A stretch of 64,000 bases of DNA, taken from assembly GCA_904063045.1 (NCBI GenBank), contig CAJFCJ010000015.1, positions 372,001 to 436,000 on the forward strand. Reading direction: 5' to 3'. The notes beneath the pieces were generated by a model. It was given only the letters and a program-made list of their open reading frames with translations, was not told the origin of the DNA and did not search any database. Source of the stretch: Dimorphilus gyrociliatus (taxonomy: Eukaryota > Animalia > Annelida). Shown here one piece after another: positions 1 through 12,500 of this stretch (position 1 is the first letter of the stretch; the number at the start of each line of letters is the position of its first letter). Made by a program: the position numbers and the translations under genes.

Positions 1-990
1 ATGTCTTTTAGATGAATTAAGAGCAATATATACAAAAAATAATAATACAAGTTGACAATGTCACATTTGTAATTTATCCAATTGAATAAAGAAATTAGGT
101 AGTTAGCTTTTTTTTCCCCTTTACTGTTGCTATGTATAATATTGATAATCGAGATTAATTTCATGTGCTTTTTTTCCCCTTATATTTTCCATTTATTGTT
201 ACTTCAGTTTGAAAATCAGAATGTTCATAATGGTTGGGGAATTTGCCATTTATCACTAAAATCTCCATTTATATCATTTACCCTCCCATTGATGGAGAAT
301 AAGAAAGCAAGTTACATGGGCGGAAGTAATTGCATTTCTAGTAATTGCTCTCCCTAACTATGGGATTCAGCTGCAATTTAGAATCCCTAGTTTTCGGCGC
401 ATACCGTACCATAAGTATAAGGGAATAAACCACGTGACCGAAGTAATTACGAGAGTATCGTACGGGCGCGCATCAGTCGCCTTTTACAGATATGGATTGG
501 AGAACGGCGAATAGATAATGATTAGTTATAACGGTAAGTACTTGTGAAATTTTCCATGTAAAAAATCAAACATCGGATACTAAAGAATAGAGAATCATTA
601 GAGAAGAATAAAGTTGTAGGCGTTGCGAAAAAAATGCAGTAGTGTTTATATAGACTGTCACGGCTTAGGCTACAGGCTACTGCATTGATTGCATTCCGCA
701 CCTGCATGGGTTATCTATTACCTGAAAAAATTCTGTGTTGGGAATGCAAAGAATTTTATACCCTGAAAATGGCCAACTGCAAGGAATTTTTCCCTGTATA
801 CAGTTTCTTTTATGTTACTTTGAGGGTTAGAATAGTTTCGAAAAATATTATTTTTATTACGATTCCTATTCACTTCGAAACGCCTATATCAAGGATCGAT
901 ATTCTTAGAATTAATATGCCGCCACCTAGTGGATAAAACGCCTCTAGACGCCGTGAGGAGAGAGACGGCGGATATCGATAGCGTCTCTCT

Positions 991-1811
991 ATGAATTCGG
1001 TGAATATCGACAGTTTTCTAGCGCCTGTTATTATTCTCAAGGAATTAGCAGTAACAATGCTAGGTAGGACCGTATTTATTATTTACTACCTTATTTACTA
1101 ATTACTCTTTTATTCATATTTTTTCCTATTTATTACCTTTTTTCCAGTTTAAAAAAAAAATGACCAAAACTGTAAAACCAAAAGAAAAAGAAAATTACTA
1201 AAGGAAAAAACAAAATGTGAAGGAACAATGATTCTTTAATTTTTAACGTTTAAAAATATTTATTCAGTCGCATGTGTAGGCCTATTTAAAAATTTATAGT
1301 CGAGATTTTATGCTAAACGGGTGCGATAGCTGTAATTAATTATTTTCCCCACAAACTATCCCTACAGCATGGACGATTTTTTTTGTTTATATTTAAAAGC
1401 GAGTCGACTATATACGCGAATTATCGATCGAGTGGAAATTAAAAGAAGCGGAATTAAAAGTTTGCGGGGTTTCGTAGAAAATCTGGAAAAAAACTTGCAT
1501 ACAGTGCACTCCAGTTAATTGCAGACTCTCAAGGGATCAAAAATAGTTTTAATAATCCAGACCGAAAGGCAATTAAGAAAGAAATTGCCTCACTTTAGAG
1601 AAAAAGAAAAAATTTTATAAAAAAATTACGAATTAAAATATTATTAGATATAATTATTTAAAGATTTTAATAACTGTGCATTAATTTTCTATAAGTACTT
1701 AATTAATTATGAATCCTTTATTAAGTAGTCATCTAATTGATATTTCCTTCTATTAATATATAATATTTAATCATATATTTTAATATACTCTTTTATACGT
1801 GCAGTATATAA

Positions 1812-1881
<70 letters not shown>

Positions 1882-4800
1882 TATAATAAACACCATTTTA
1901 ATAATCATTTAATTCTTTCTTTCTCCGATTTCAACTTTCCCCATCGGTTTTTTTTTTAATGTATCACCTTGAGGTGTATTCATTATATTTTAATTAAGAG
2001 AATTTTATCGGAGGCGGAGAGAGGGGGAGGGGAAAGGACCACTCGCATTGCATATCGAGCGGAACCTTGTGAAAAAAAATTCTCGCTTTGACGTTAACTA
2101 CTTGAGTGTATAATTCGTCTACAAATTTTCCTTTTTCTCTCCCTTTTAGAAGCCAACTCGGCTGAAATGGTAGAAAGGTCTTTGCAGACACTTATGAAGA
2201 CTGCAATGAATCCGGAGTGTATTGCGTCCTTGTTGGAAGGTTTACAACTGCATTTGGCGGCTTTGACTCAGGTTAAGGAGGGCGCTGATTCATCGCCTTT
2301 GGAACGTGCTCTCGCTCAATTATTAAATCAAATACTAAAGGTAAGGCTAACAAATTCTTTAATTTTCGCTTTCTCATTCCTCTTCTTCAAATCAATTTAA
2401 AAAATGTTAGATTAGGCCTATAAACTAGAATTTGTTGAAATTTTTCAACTCTTATTCTATTTTGTGTTTATTTAACGTTATTTTACGAAGCTCAACTGAT
2501 GGATGTATGTTAAATCAATGAAAGAATAAGTATAAAAGTTGTACAAAAGCCAAGTGTTACATACTCTGCGTACTATACTTAGGTTTTTTTTACGAGGTAT
2601 TCATACCTTACAAATTTTTACGTAATAGCAAACCTGAGTAGTATTTTTTTTAGGTTAGAGAAGAAAAAATCTGTTAATCTCTACAGTAAAAATTTTTATC
2701 TTCTCTAACCTTTTATTCTTTCATTCTGTTATATTTACATAATACTGCTTATAGCATATTATGAAGAAAAGGATGAGCTATTAATATAGAATTAATCAAT
2801 TCTTAAATTAAGTTCTGTCCACAAGTCTTTCCTCCGTATTGAATATAAACAAGTACTATTGTAATGTATATAAATATCCCGAAATATAATAAAAAAAGAA
2901 CATCCTATTTCTCTTAGTTCTTATCCAACCTGTCTTACACATTTAGAATGTCCTTTAGAAAATAATTAATATACGAAAGGCAACCGAATGCTTGACTTTC
3001 ATCTTGAATCTCAAATTTCGTAAAGTTCTTGTCTGTGAAACGTGAAAGTCTACATTAAAAGACATTGTATTATATAGTAGGTATTCAAAAGACGTTTTTT
3101 TCTCCTTCTATATTTTCATATATAGATAGTAAAAAGTCTATTTCCTACTTATCTGAAAATAGTATCACGTATTACGCGGAAGTATATCTTATCAATCAAT
3201 CTAAATGTAATCTGAAAAGATGAGTGGTATAAACTTTAACTTTATATCATTTTTATATGTTTTGGCCATCTCTCTTGCCTCTATTCCTTTCAGCACTAGA
3301 AAGAAAAAAAAAACTCTTTAATGGAATAACCATTATCTACTAAATTTAAAAATGATTATAAATACGCTATTTGGTAATACAAAACTATTATCATTTTAAC
3401 CTCTCTTTTATCCTCTTCATTCCTATTTCCCACTTCTACACCTACTATCCTTCAATCTCAAAGTTTCTACTTCATCAATTAATCAATATTTGCGTAGATA
3501 TGTAAAAATTATTATGCAGACTATATAATTTGAAATTTCTATTGGATCGATTTCTTATAATAAATATTATATAGAAGGATTTTCCTTTGATAGAATACCG
3601 AATATACTAGATAGTGATATTCATAGATGTAGTACATATATATTATATATGTAGGATATGTATACTGTTAATCCATTTTCCATTTAAAATTTAGCTATTA
3701 TTGCCGTGTTTTCTCTCATTTATTATCGTCAATAGAACTTTTACTCTTTCTCTCTCTCTCTCTCTCTCTCTCGTTCTCTCTTTTTCATATCAGGTTTTCT
3801 CTATCTCATCACCCTTCACCTCATACGCTATTTATCCATTCATTGCTTGTGATAAATTCACGAATTTAATGAGCCATTAATCCTTTTTTCATATCATTAG
3901 CGAAATTTCTTATAATCTTATTGAGATTTTCTAATTTTTTGAAACTTGACTCAATAAATATACCTCAGGGATGAGAGAAGATAAGTGGAATTTATGCTTA
4001 ATTACGTCCAAGAGCTTATCACCAAGAGATCAAAACTGAAAATATATTCGTATTAACTCGGTAAAATGAGTTTTCATTTCATAATTTTAAAATATCGAGT
4101 AACAAAGAAGGAAATACACTTATATTATGAAAAAGACAGACGTGTATATTGAGAAGCAAGCAAGCAAGGTAAAGAAACTCTGCGAAAGAGAATAAGTGAA
4201 AGCAGTGAGTGAGTGAGCGAGTGAGTGACTGAGTGAGCGAGAGAGAGAGGGCAAGAGAGACAAGAGAGGGAAAAGGGAAAAAACCTCGGTTAAGATCGAT
4301 GAATGCTCATTGTCAACAATATAGAGCGCTTAATATTCCTTTTTCAGAAAGAGAATGCTCGCTAATATCTTTAAATACAGTTTTGTATTATGAACCAGTT
4401 TCAGGAAATAATTGAGAAAGATTTATAAATCCAAGGCTTCCTTTAAATGCACTCTTCTATTATCAATGCACAGTATATAGATTTAATATAAAATGTAAAA
4501 CCTTCATAACACAAGTAGTAAAATGTATGATTTATAGTGAAGTTTCTTAAATAATTAGTTATGAGAATTCTATATTTAATGGTAAAGTAAGAGAATATTT
4601 ATGTAATTTGGAGTGACTTAAGAGATGTTTATCTGTCACTCCACAGCAGTATGTTAATGGTTTATGTCCAGAAATTTCTTTCCATCTAATCTACTTGATA
4701 TGTTTATATCTAAAAATATATAAGTATATATGCCTATATATAGATAAAGAGACATTTATATTGTTAAATAATTAAATGAAATACCGTAATAACATATATG

Positions 4801-7800
4801 TATGATAAGCAATAAAAAGAATGCATATTATAGCAAAACAAACAATAAAAAGACAACCAAAATACAATCCACAATAATAATAAAAACAAAATTTCAGACA
4901 GACTTATTTCTTGTTAATTATTTAGAATAAGGCTATAAGAATAGATTAAGCGTTTCTGTATCATTTTCATACTCATTCATTATTATATTTGCTCAATCTA
5001 GTTTAAGATGTTTGTATAAATTTCTAGCATTTGTTATAGTAAATACTATATATTTCGAAATGATCCAAGTAATGACTTGGATTCCAAGAATCGGCATTTC
5101 ATATATTCATTATTTATTTATTTATTTATTTATCCATCTATCTACAAGTATATCTACTTATCTATTCATCTATCAATCTATCTAACTGTCTATCTTTACC
5201 TATCGTCTTATTCCTCTTCGTCATCTATTATCAATCTAAGGCAAAACGACAAAATATGATTCAAGTATAAAGTATAACTATATGATCAGAAATTGTAGTA
5301 ACACTAAAACAGTGTAGACTGGAGAAAAAACACTCTATCCCAACGATAAAATAATCCTAATTAGGACAATTCGGATAACGAAAGCATCCTTTATTCACCT
5401 TTCTCTCCAGCTTTTCTTTAAGCCTTAAGGGGAGGTCTCCTCTTAATAAATAATTATATTCCCTTCATCTCGTTAACGAAGTCTTTCTGTTAAATTTTCT
5501 TTTAACGAGTATTCAATCTTAAATTAATGAGAAATAAGAAAATAATAAAAAAAACCCAGATCAAACTATTCATTACAAAGCATTAAAGCCTAATATCGAA
5601 ATCGTGTTGAAAAGAAACGCCAGAAATACTAAACTTTTCAATTAAATTTGCATAGATATGAATTTTTTAAACAATAATTGATTGAATGAATCAAGAAAAT
5701 TAATGAAAGGAATTAAATGTTGTTGTTGTTGTTGTTGTTATTGTTTTTTGTTGCTGTTGATTTTATTTCTCATTGTATCGTTGGGTTTATCCTAGAAAAT
5801 ACGTTTATATTAATATATAGTAATACAGTTGATTATTTTTTTATTACTGCACTTTTATACAGTATATACAGTATATCATTATATATTAGTATGTTGTGTA
5901 TTTCCTATAAAAGTAGACAAATTAAGCTTAAATAAAAAGAATATTAATAATCTAAAGAGAAGCTTTGCATTAAATTTCAAATAGAAAGCATTTTAAAGCT
6001 ATAGTGAAAAAACTATACGTTATTACTTATAGAGTTGGACGTTACATGATGCTTACCGAGTTCTACACTTAGACGCCCCTTAATCGATTATTTATTTTTT
6101 GATTGATAGACTTTAGACTATCTTTTGTATAGAAAGTATATTGGATTTTAAAAGAATAGCAGAGATTGGAAATAAAAGATTGAGTAAGTTAGATAATACG
6201 AAAGAGATTAGGCAGAAGGGTGGGATAAGGAGTTTAGAAAAGGGAAAAAGCGGTACAGAATGGCATTTGGTAGAGCTTATATGAAAAAAAAAGAGAGAGA
6301 ATACAATATCCAATATTATAATTGTCATTCTTTTCAGACCTGTATAGGAGAGATGCAACAGACACAAAACGGTGCGGAAAAATTAGCCATACTTCAGCAA
6401 TTATCCAAGCTTTTGCGATTGGTTGTTGCCCTGCTCAAAGGTATAAAAGTGATAATAATGATTTTATAGTCTTTGTTTTCTCATAAAAAATTTCTTTCTT
6501 CTCATTTTATAGCACATCATTCCCTTCACTTCATTGCTCTTGTTATTGCCAATCGAATAATGGATAGTTGTGTCGTAGAACGCGTTTATCATCCATGGGA
6601 ATTGGAAGATGAAAATTGCCAAGAAAAAAACGGACCGTTTACTAGGTCAATACCGCTTGATATGGGTGTCAGAACGCACTTGGATACTTTATTGGGTGCC
6701 AAAAGTCCCAAATCGACATTACGAAATTCATTTAGAATGTCTCTACATCAACAAGAAAGTACTCGGTCGATGAGATCGTCTGGTCTGGTTGAATCTGTCA
6801 GTAAAGAGGCTAGCGTTTCTGATACGGACGCTGGAACGGAAACGGAGAACCGAGAGCCTGAAACGACGCCCATTCACGAACTCAATTCAACCGATCCGTC
6901 TCCAGTAGTAGCCGTCCTTTCAAGCGCCATTCAACAGCACAAAAAAAATCATAACCGCCAAAAGTGTACGCCAAGCTTTCGACAGAGAGCTTGCGTTCAT
7001 CATTGCATTCAAATTTTATCGGCTAGACTATTGGTATTTTTCTGTCATCAGCCCAATAGTCAGCATAGGATGGTCAACGACGAACACATCCGAGCCTTAG
7101 TCGATGCCTTAGACCCTAATCACGATCCGGTTCGTAAAACCCCTTTTAACCTTTTAGTTACATTTACTCGTAAAACAAGAAAAAGACGTCTACAATATAC
7201 TACTTTAATGTATGAAAGTGACGTCGTTTGTTTGAAAATAAAAAAGCAACAAGGATTATTTATTGAGTTGTTAAATATATCTGAACTCTGTGTAAACTTC
7301 CGCCATCCGAGTGGTCTGGGCGGACGTATTAGTAATTTCATTTTTGTCTTCGCAGCATTTGCTCTGCTTGGTGCTACAAGCTTTAGCTTGCATTGCTCTC
7401 AATCCGCTCTACCATGGTGCCCTTTCCGATGCAGATATTCCAGATACGCTCATGCAGCTGCTCCTACCTTCCGACGAATGGTACTATACGAATCACAGGT
7501 TCGAAAATTATAACTTGTTACGCTCATTTATTATAATTTTAGACGCATGTTCTGTAAAGCAAATTGATTGCAAGTAGGTGATATAGGTAGATAGAATGAA
7601 TAGGTAAGAGAGTATGAAATGGAGGAGGAGGCGTTATTTTGCTATTTCCTTTACTCTTTTTTTCTCTCTTATTTACTTTGTAAGCTTTAAAAAGTTCTAA
7701 TTAACCCCACTTTATTTCTTTTAGAGCATCTTTTACCTCTCAACTTTTCAATTAGTAGGCGTAAAATTAATTTAATTTCAACGAATTGAAGGTTAATAAT

Positions 7801-9530
7801 TTTAATACTCAGGATTAATCAAGCTTCTCTAAGACTTAATTCAAATAAAAATTTTCTTGATTCCTTTAATCGTTCTTTCTTTCCCTCTTCTTTTATCCTG
7901 TTTTATTTTCCATCATCTATTTTCTATTCTATCTTTTTTCTTTCAAAAATCTTAAGAAGTGAAAGGACGTAGTATAAAACATCAATTATTAGTTCTGACT
8001 AAGCGGTAAGCGGGTAGTTTACCCTAAGAGTATTAAGGAAACTAAACGCTTACAAACATTGATCGACTTTTGTGTATTTTTAAAATAAATACAACCTGCT
8101 GATAAGACCGTTTGATGGCTTCCCTTTAGCACCAAGACTGCTTTTAAAAGAATATTAAACAAGTAACAACAAATTTAACTAGTACTTTTCTCTAATAGAA
8201 ATCCTAAATTATTCTTTTTTATTTAACTGAATAAAAGAATCCAAATGGATCAAAGTAATTCTTTTTAGACGCCACCTAACGGTAGACCTCAAAATGAAAT
8301 ATTCGTCTTTCTCTTGGGACCCTTTTAATCATACATTTTTCTTTTTTTATAACGGAAAAAGTTATCTTTTACCCATATATTTTATTACATTTAAAAGTCT
8401 TTATAGATGAGTCGTGCAATATTATGGTTGCTAATACAAAATAAGAGGAAAATCGCGTGACTAAAGTTGAAAAAGCAAGTTAAGTGTATGTTTTTCTCTC
8501 CTTACAGCACGCGCTATGCCCGCTATGTAAAATATCATGCAGCGAGAATTCTCGTTTATATGGGTTTGTTCCAACGCCTAGGCGGCAGGGTAAATCTATT
8601 TGATGCTAAAGGTAACAAACCTACAAGAAGTAATTATCGACAATTTTAAAATATTTTAGCGAATGATTATTTTCATTCTTTAGCCTTTGCTGATTTAAAC
8701 GGTCCGTCGAAGAATATGCATCACCATGGCGCGGAGGATTCGTTTATTGATCAGATGGCTATGGGTAAATTGTTACTATGTGGTCATCGCCGCCAGGTGG
8801 TCGCAGGCTCTTTAGAAGGTTTGGTTGCAGAAATAATAGCAGTAAGTTATATGAACTAAATATACACCATATATACATAGATACTGTACATACTTAAAAG
8901 ATAAAAGTTTGGTTGAAATACTAAGCATAGACCTTTTGCGGATGACTTTTCAAACTGTTTTCATGTATTTATAATACAGTATATAGCGTGAGTAAGATAC
9001 CTTAGAAGAAGGCAATAATTACCTTTTAAGGACGCAAAGAGCAGATGCAAGAAAAGTATATAAAAATTTATTTAGCTGAATACGCTTTAAGAGATATATG
9101 CGAGAAATATACCGGAAATTACTGCTTATCGATTAAATATAATTTAATTTGAATTGTTAGCTGAACACTATTTCGCGATTGACAGGAAGCTGAAAAGGAT
9201 GATGACAATCCTCATGTCTGTCAGGATTTAGCTTCTCCTCCAAGGATGCAAACAAGACATGGTTCTCTAGCTGTCGATTTCTTACCAGCTGTTCCTCAAT
9301 CAAAAAGAGCTTCAGAAGAAACACTAGCCTGCTGGGATAAGTACTTGCTGTCCAAGCTATCCCTAACTTACGCCCTACTTAATGGCGCTCCATTAGTTGT
9401 TCACCCTATCATCATTCTTCGCTTGTTATGCCACAAGGTTGGTAATTTAAATGAAACATTAAACTCTAACATATATATAAATTCCTGAATTTTATTGGGG
9501 GAAACATATAAAACTATTACAATCTTTAAT

Positions 9531-9571
<41 letters not shown>

Positions 9572-12500
9572 AGTCTCTTTTGATTTTGTCCATCTTTATC
9601 TTGCAGAAAGCTCTTTTCAATAGATCTAAACGCCGTGGAAAATTAAGTGTTGTGCGGATACAAACCAGTCTCGCGGCTAAAATAAGGGGCTTACGTCTAT
9701 TTATTAGGACTTTGCCAAAGTTATTGCACATTAAAAAAAACACTACGAACACTATATTGGCTTTTAGCACAACGAATCCACAAACATTTGCTATTTTAGC
9801 TTTTAAATGAATTTGCATATACACAAAATACCTTACATAAATTAATATATTAGAATACGGACAGTATGGAGTATATACAGTATATGTATATATGTTTGTA
9901 CGTAAGAGTGTACGTGTGTATGTGTGTGTGTGTGTGTGTGTCAGATTTATAAATACATACAGATAAGCAAATAATGTTAATACAAAGCTATAAAAAGAAT
10001 TCATCAATACACATGTCTAATACTTTCATTTATTTATAAAAAACGACTCAAGCTAGTACGTCACTTTAACAAACAAAAAAGGCATTAGTATTTACTACAA
10101 TGCTGTTATTCCTTTCCTGTTTTAATACTTTTATCGATCGTCCAGTCAAAAGAAATAAAACTTTTTTACTCAATAAACATTTTAAAGAATATAGTACTTT
10201 TTTATTATTATTATCTATTCTCATTCTTTTCACATCGTCTTTTACTTCCGTCTAGTCTCCTTTCTATTTTCTATTTTCTCTCTCTTTTTTTTTATGTAGA
10301 CTATTACTTTATTTGATATTTTATATCAATTTATTTTTCTTTAAATGATAATAAGTTTTCTTTCCCTTATTTAGTTAATTTCATTTTGTGAATCTGATTA
10401 TTTCTTGTATTAAGTGACTTAGAACTTAAGGTTTCGCCTGCATTTACCAAACACACAGTGTATTGCATATTTACTGTAGTAAACTGTATTTATATTTTAT
10501 TAATGACCTTTTTCTTTTCTATTAATTTTCCTGGAAAAATATAGATTTATAATATTTCTATCAAATTCCCCTAAAGGAGAAAGGGAGGGGAGAGTGAGAG
10601 ATTGGTAGGCGGGGTCGTAGAAGGGGACAAGGAGAAAGAATTATGTAGAGAGATTGAAAAAAAACACGAGAGGGACAGACAAGAGAAGGGAACTGTGCAA
10701 ATAGAAAGATAATGGAAAATAGTTATCATCTCCCTATTAAATTAGTTGATAAAAAATTCATTTTTATTTTGTAATAATGGAGTTTTCCTTCAGGTATTTG
10801 GTCCAATGCTTCGACGCAAAACGAATTATTCGGACAAGAACCTTTCACCTCCAGCTGTTTCTGAAAGTGATAGTTGTCCGCCTCAATTCCGTTCTCACAG
10901 CATAGCCGTTACAGATTCGAAAAAATTGCATAAAATCCAAAAGAATCGGTCCGGTAGTGTTGATAAACAGCTCTCCTACCGGAACCGGAAGAAACGCCAC
11001 GGTCGGAATATGTCACTAGCCCTACGCGATATTGGTGAAGGATTAATGACGCCCCTAGATATTCTAAACACATCGCCGTCGGATTCTTTTTTGCACCTCG
11101 ACTCTCTTGACGATGACGGTAGCCAACGTCGACGCTTCCGGTTTCCAAGTTTGAAGACTCATTCAAAGAGTCAAGGTCATTTGGCGGGTGTTGGTCGTAG
11201 TGATAGCGAAGACCGCCAGTATGAGGATAAAGATATTAAGCTAATGCAAAAGGAATTGATTAATTTACCTACATTCGTAGTAGACGCTTCCAAACATACA
11301 TCTACTCTTCTTGTATCAAGATCAAGTAGTGTTCCAGAATTGCTAAGTTCCTCCAATAGTGTTCCGATATGTGAAATAGCAGTACACGAGACCAGTGATG
11401 CTGAAAGCGTTGATAGACAAGCCTACAATTCTGCTGATCAGGCTATAGTAGTCCACTTTGCCGCTGCTTCACCCATCGATAGTCCAGCCTCCAATCGATC
11501 GTCTTTCGACGAAACAAGCAAGCTAGGTGATTCCTTAAACCCACATCACCATGTAGTCATACAACCTTTACCGAAAAATGAAAAGAGTCCATTGACCCTA
11601 ACATTCAGCAATCCTTCCAACTATTCCTTCGAAGTATTATCGTACCACAAGGGCGTTATGAAAGTAATCGATACGTGGTTAAACATTTGCCCTTTAGACT
11701 TGGAATGTTCGGCGGCGATGAGACGGGAAACTAGGGAATTTTTACATAAATTTAGTTTATTAGGACCAGAATATAAAATGTGGACTAAGAAACAGTTGGA
11801 ACGTTTGAACTTGGACGAATTCGACATAAGGCGAGCATCTACGACAGCCGTACCGGATGTAGATAACGTTAATTCCGAATATAAGAGGGTAAGTTAGTAA
11901 CAGGTGGTTGACAGATTTCACACCAGATAGCGCACTTTTTTTCATTTTATGAAAATATAATCTAACCCATTTCCATATTTTATTCATTCCTTTCCTATTT
12001 TCTCTAATTTCGATTGCTCTCCATTGAAAGAGAAAGTTAGTTATTCATATTTATGCGATATAAAATTGCTATATATTTAAGCAGGAGAGAGCAAATCTAC
12101 CTATAAAAAAAAGAGTCAGGTCGAAAAGGAAAAAGGGTTAAAAAGAATCAGAGGTAACGATAGGACGTAGGAGAAAAGGGGTTAGCTTGTTTATTAGCTT
12201 GATCTTATAAGTACTTATGAGAACATTTTCTAAGACTTCAGTTTTCTATCTCAGCACTATTTATAAGCGCTTATAAATCCCTATACAAATGTGCGATTAA
12301 GCTTCTACTATTTGTATAAGAACTAGTGGAAGTTATAGATAAACAGCTATTCTAATTCATCACAAGCTATTAAACTGTATGATTGACGATTATAAGAAAA
12401 ATTAGGAGGAGTTAAATAAACTAGACCCTTCTTAAAAGTAATCCTAAGGTAAAGTAAAAAACATTTAGAAGGAGAGGCGGGAGAGACAGACAGAGAGAGA

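Noticed and set aside
7130-7513. 3' part of ORF 6473..7513 (VRKTPFNLL...ESQVRKL) as PLC-epsilon coding sequence
   Set aside because: It is read-through of the intron 7130-7355. The family-like sequence continues in another frame from the acceptor at 7355 ([12 protein letters not shown]...).
9570-10007. 145-aa minus-strand ORF and similar Phe/Leu/Ile/Tyr-rich short ORFs across the introns (for example 35587..35886, 54227..54547, 60607..60942)
   Set aside because: Products of microsatellites and AT- or CT-rich low-complexity DNA, with no motifs or exon structure.
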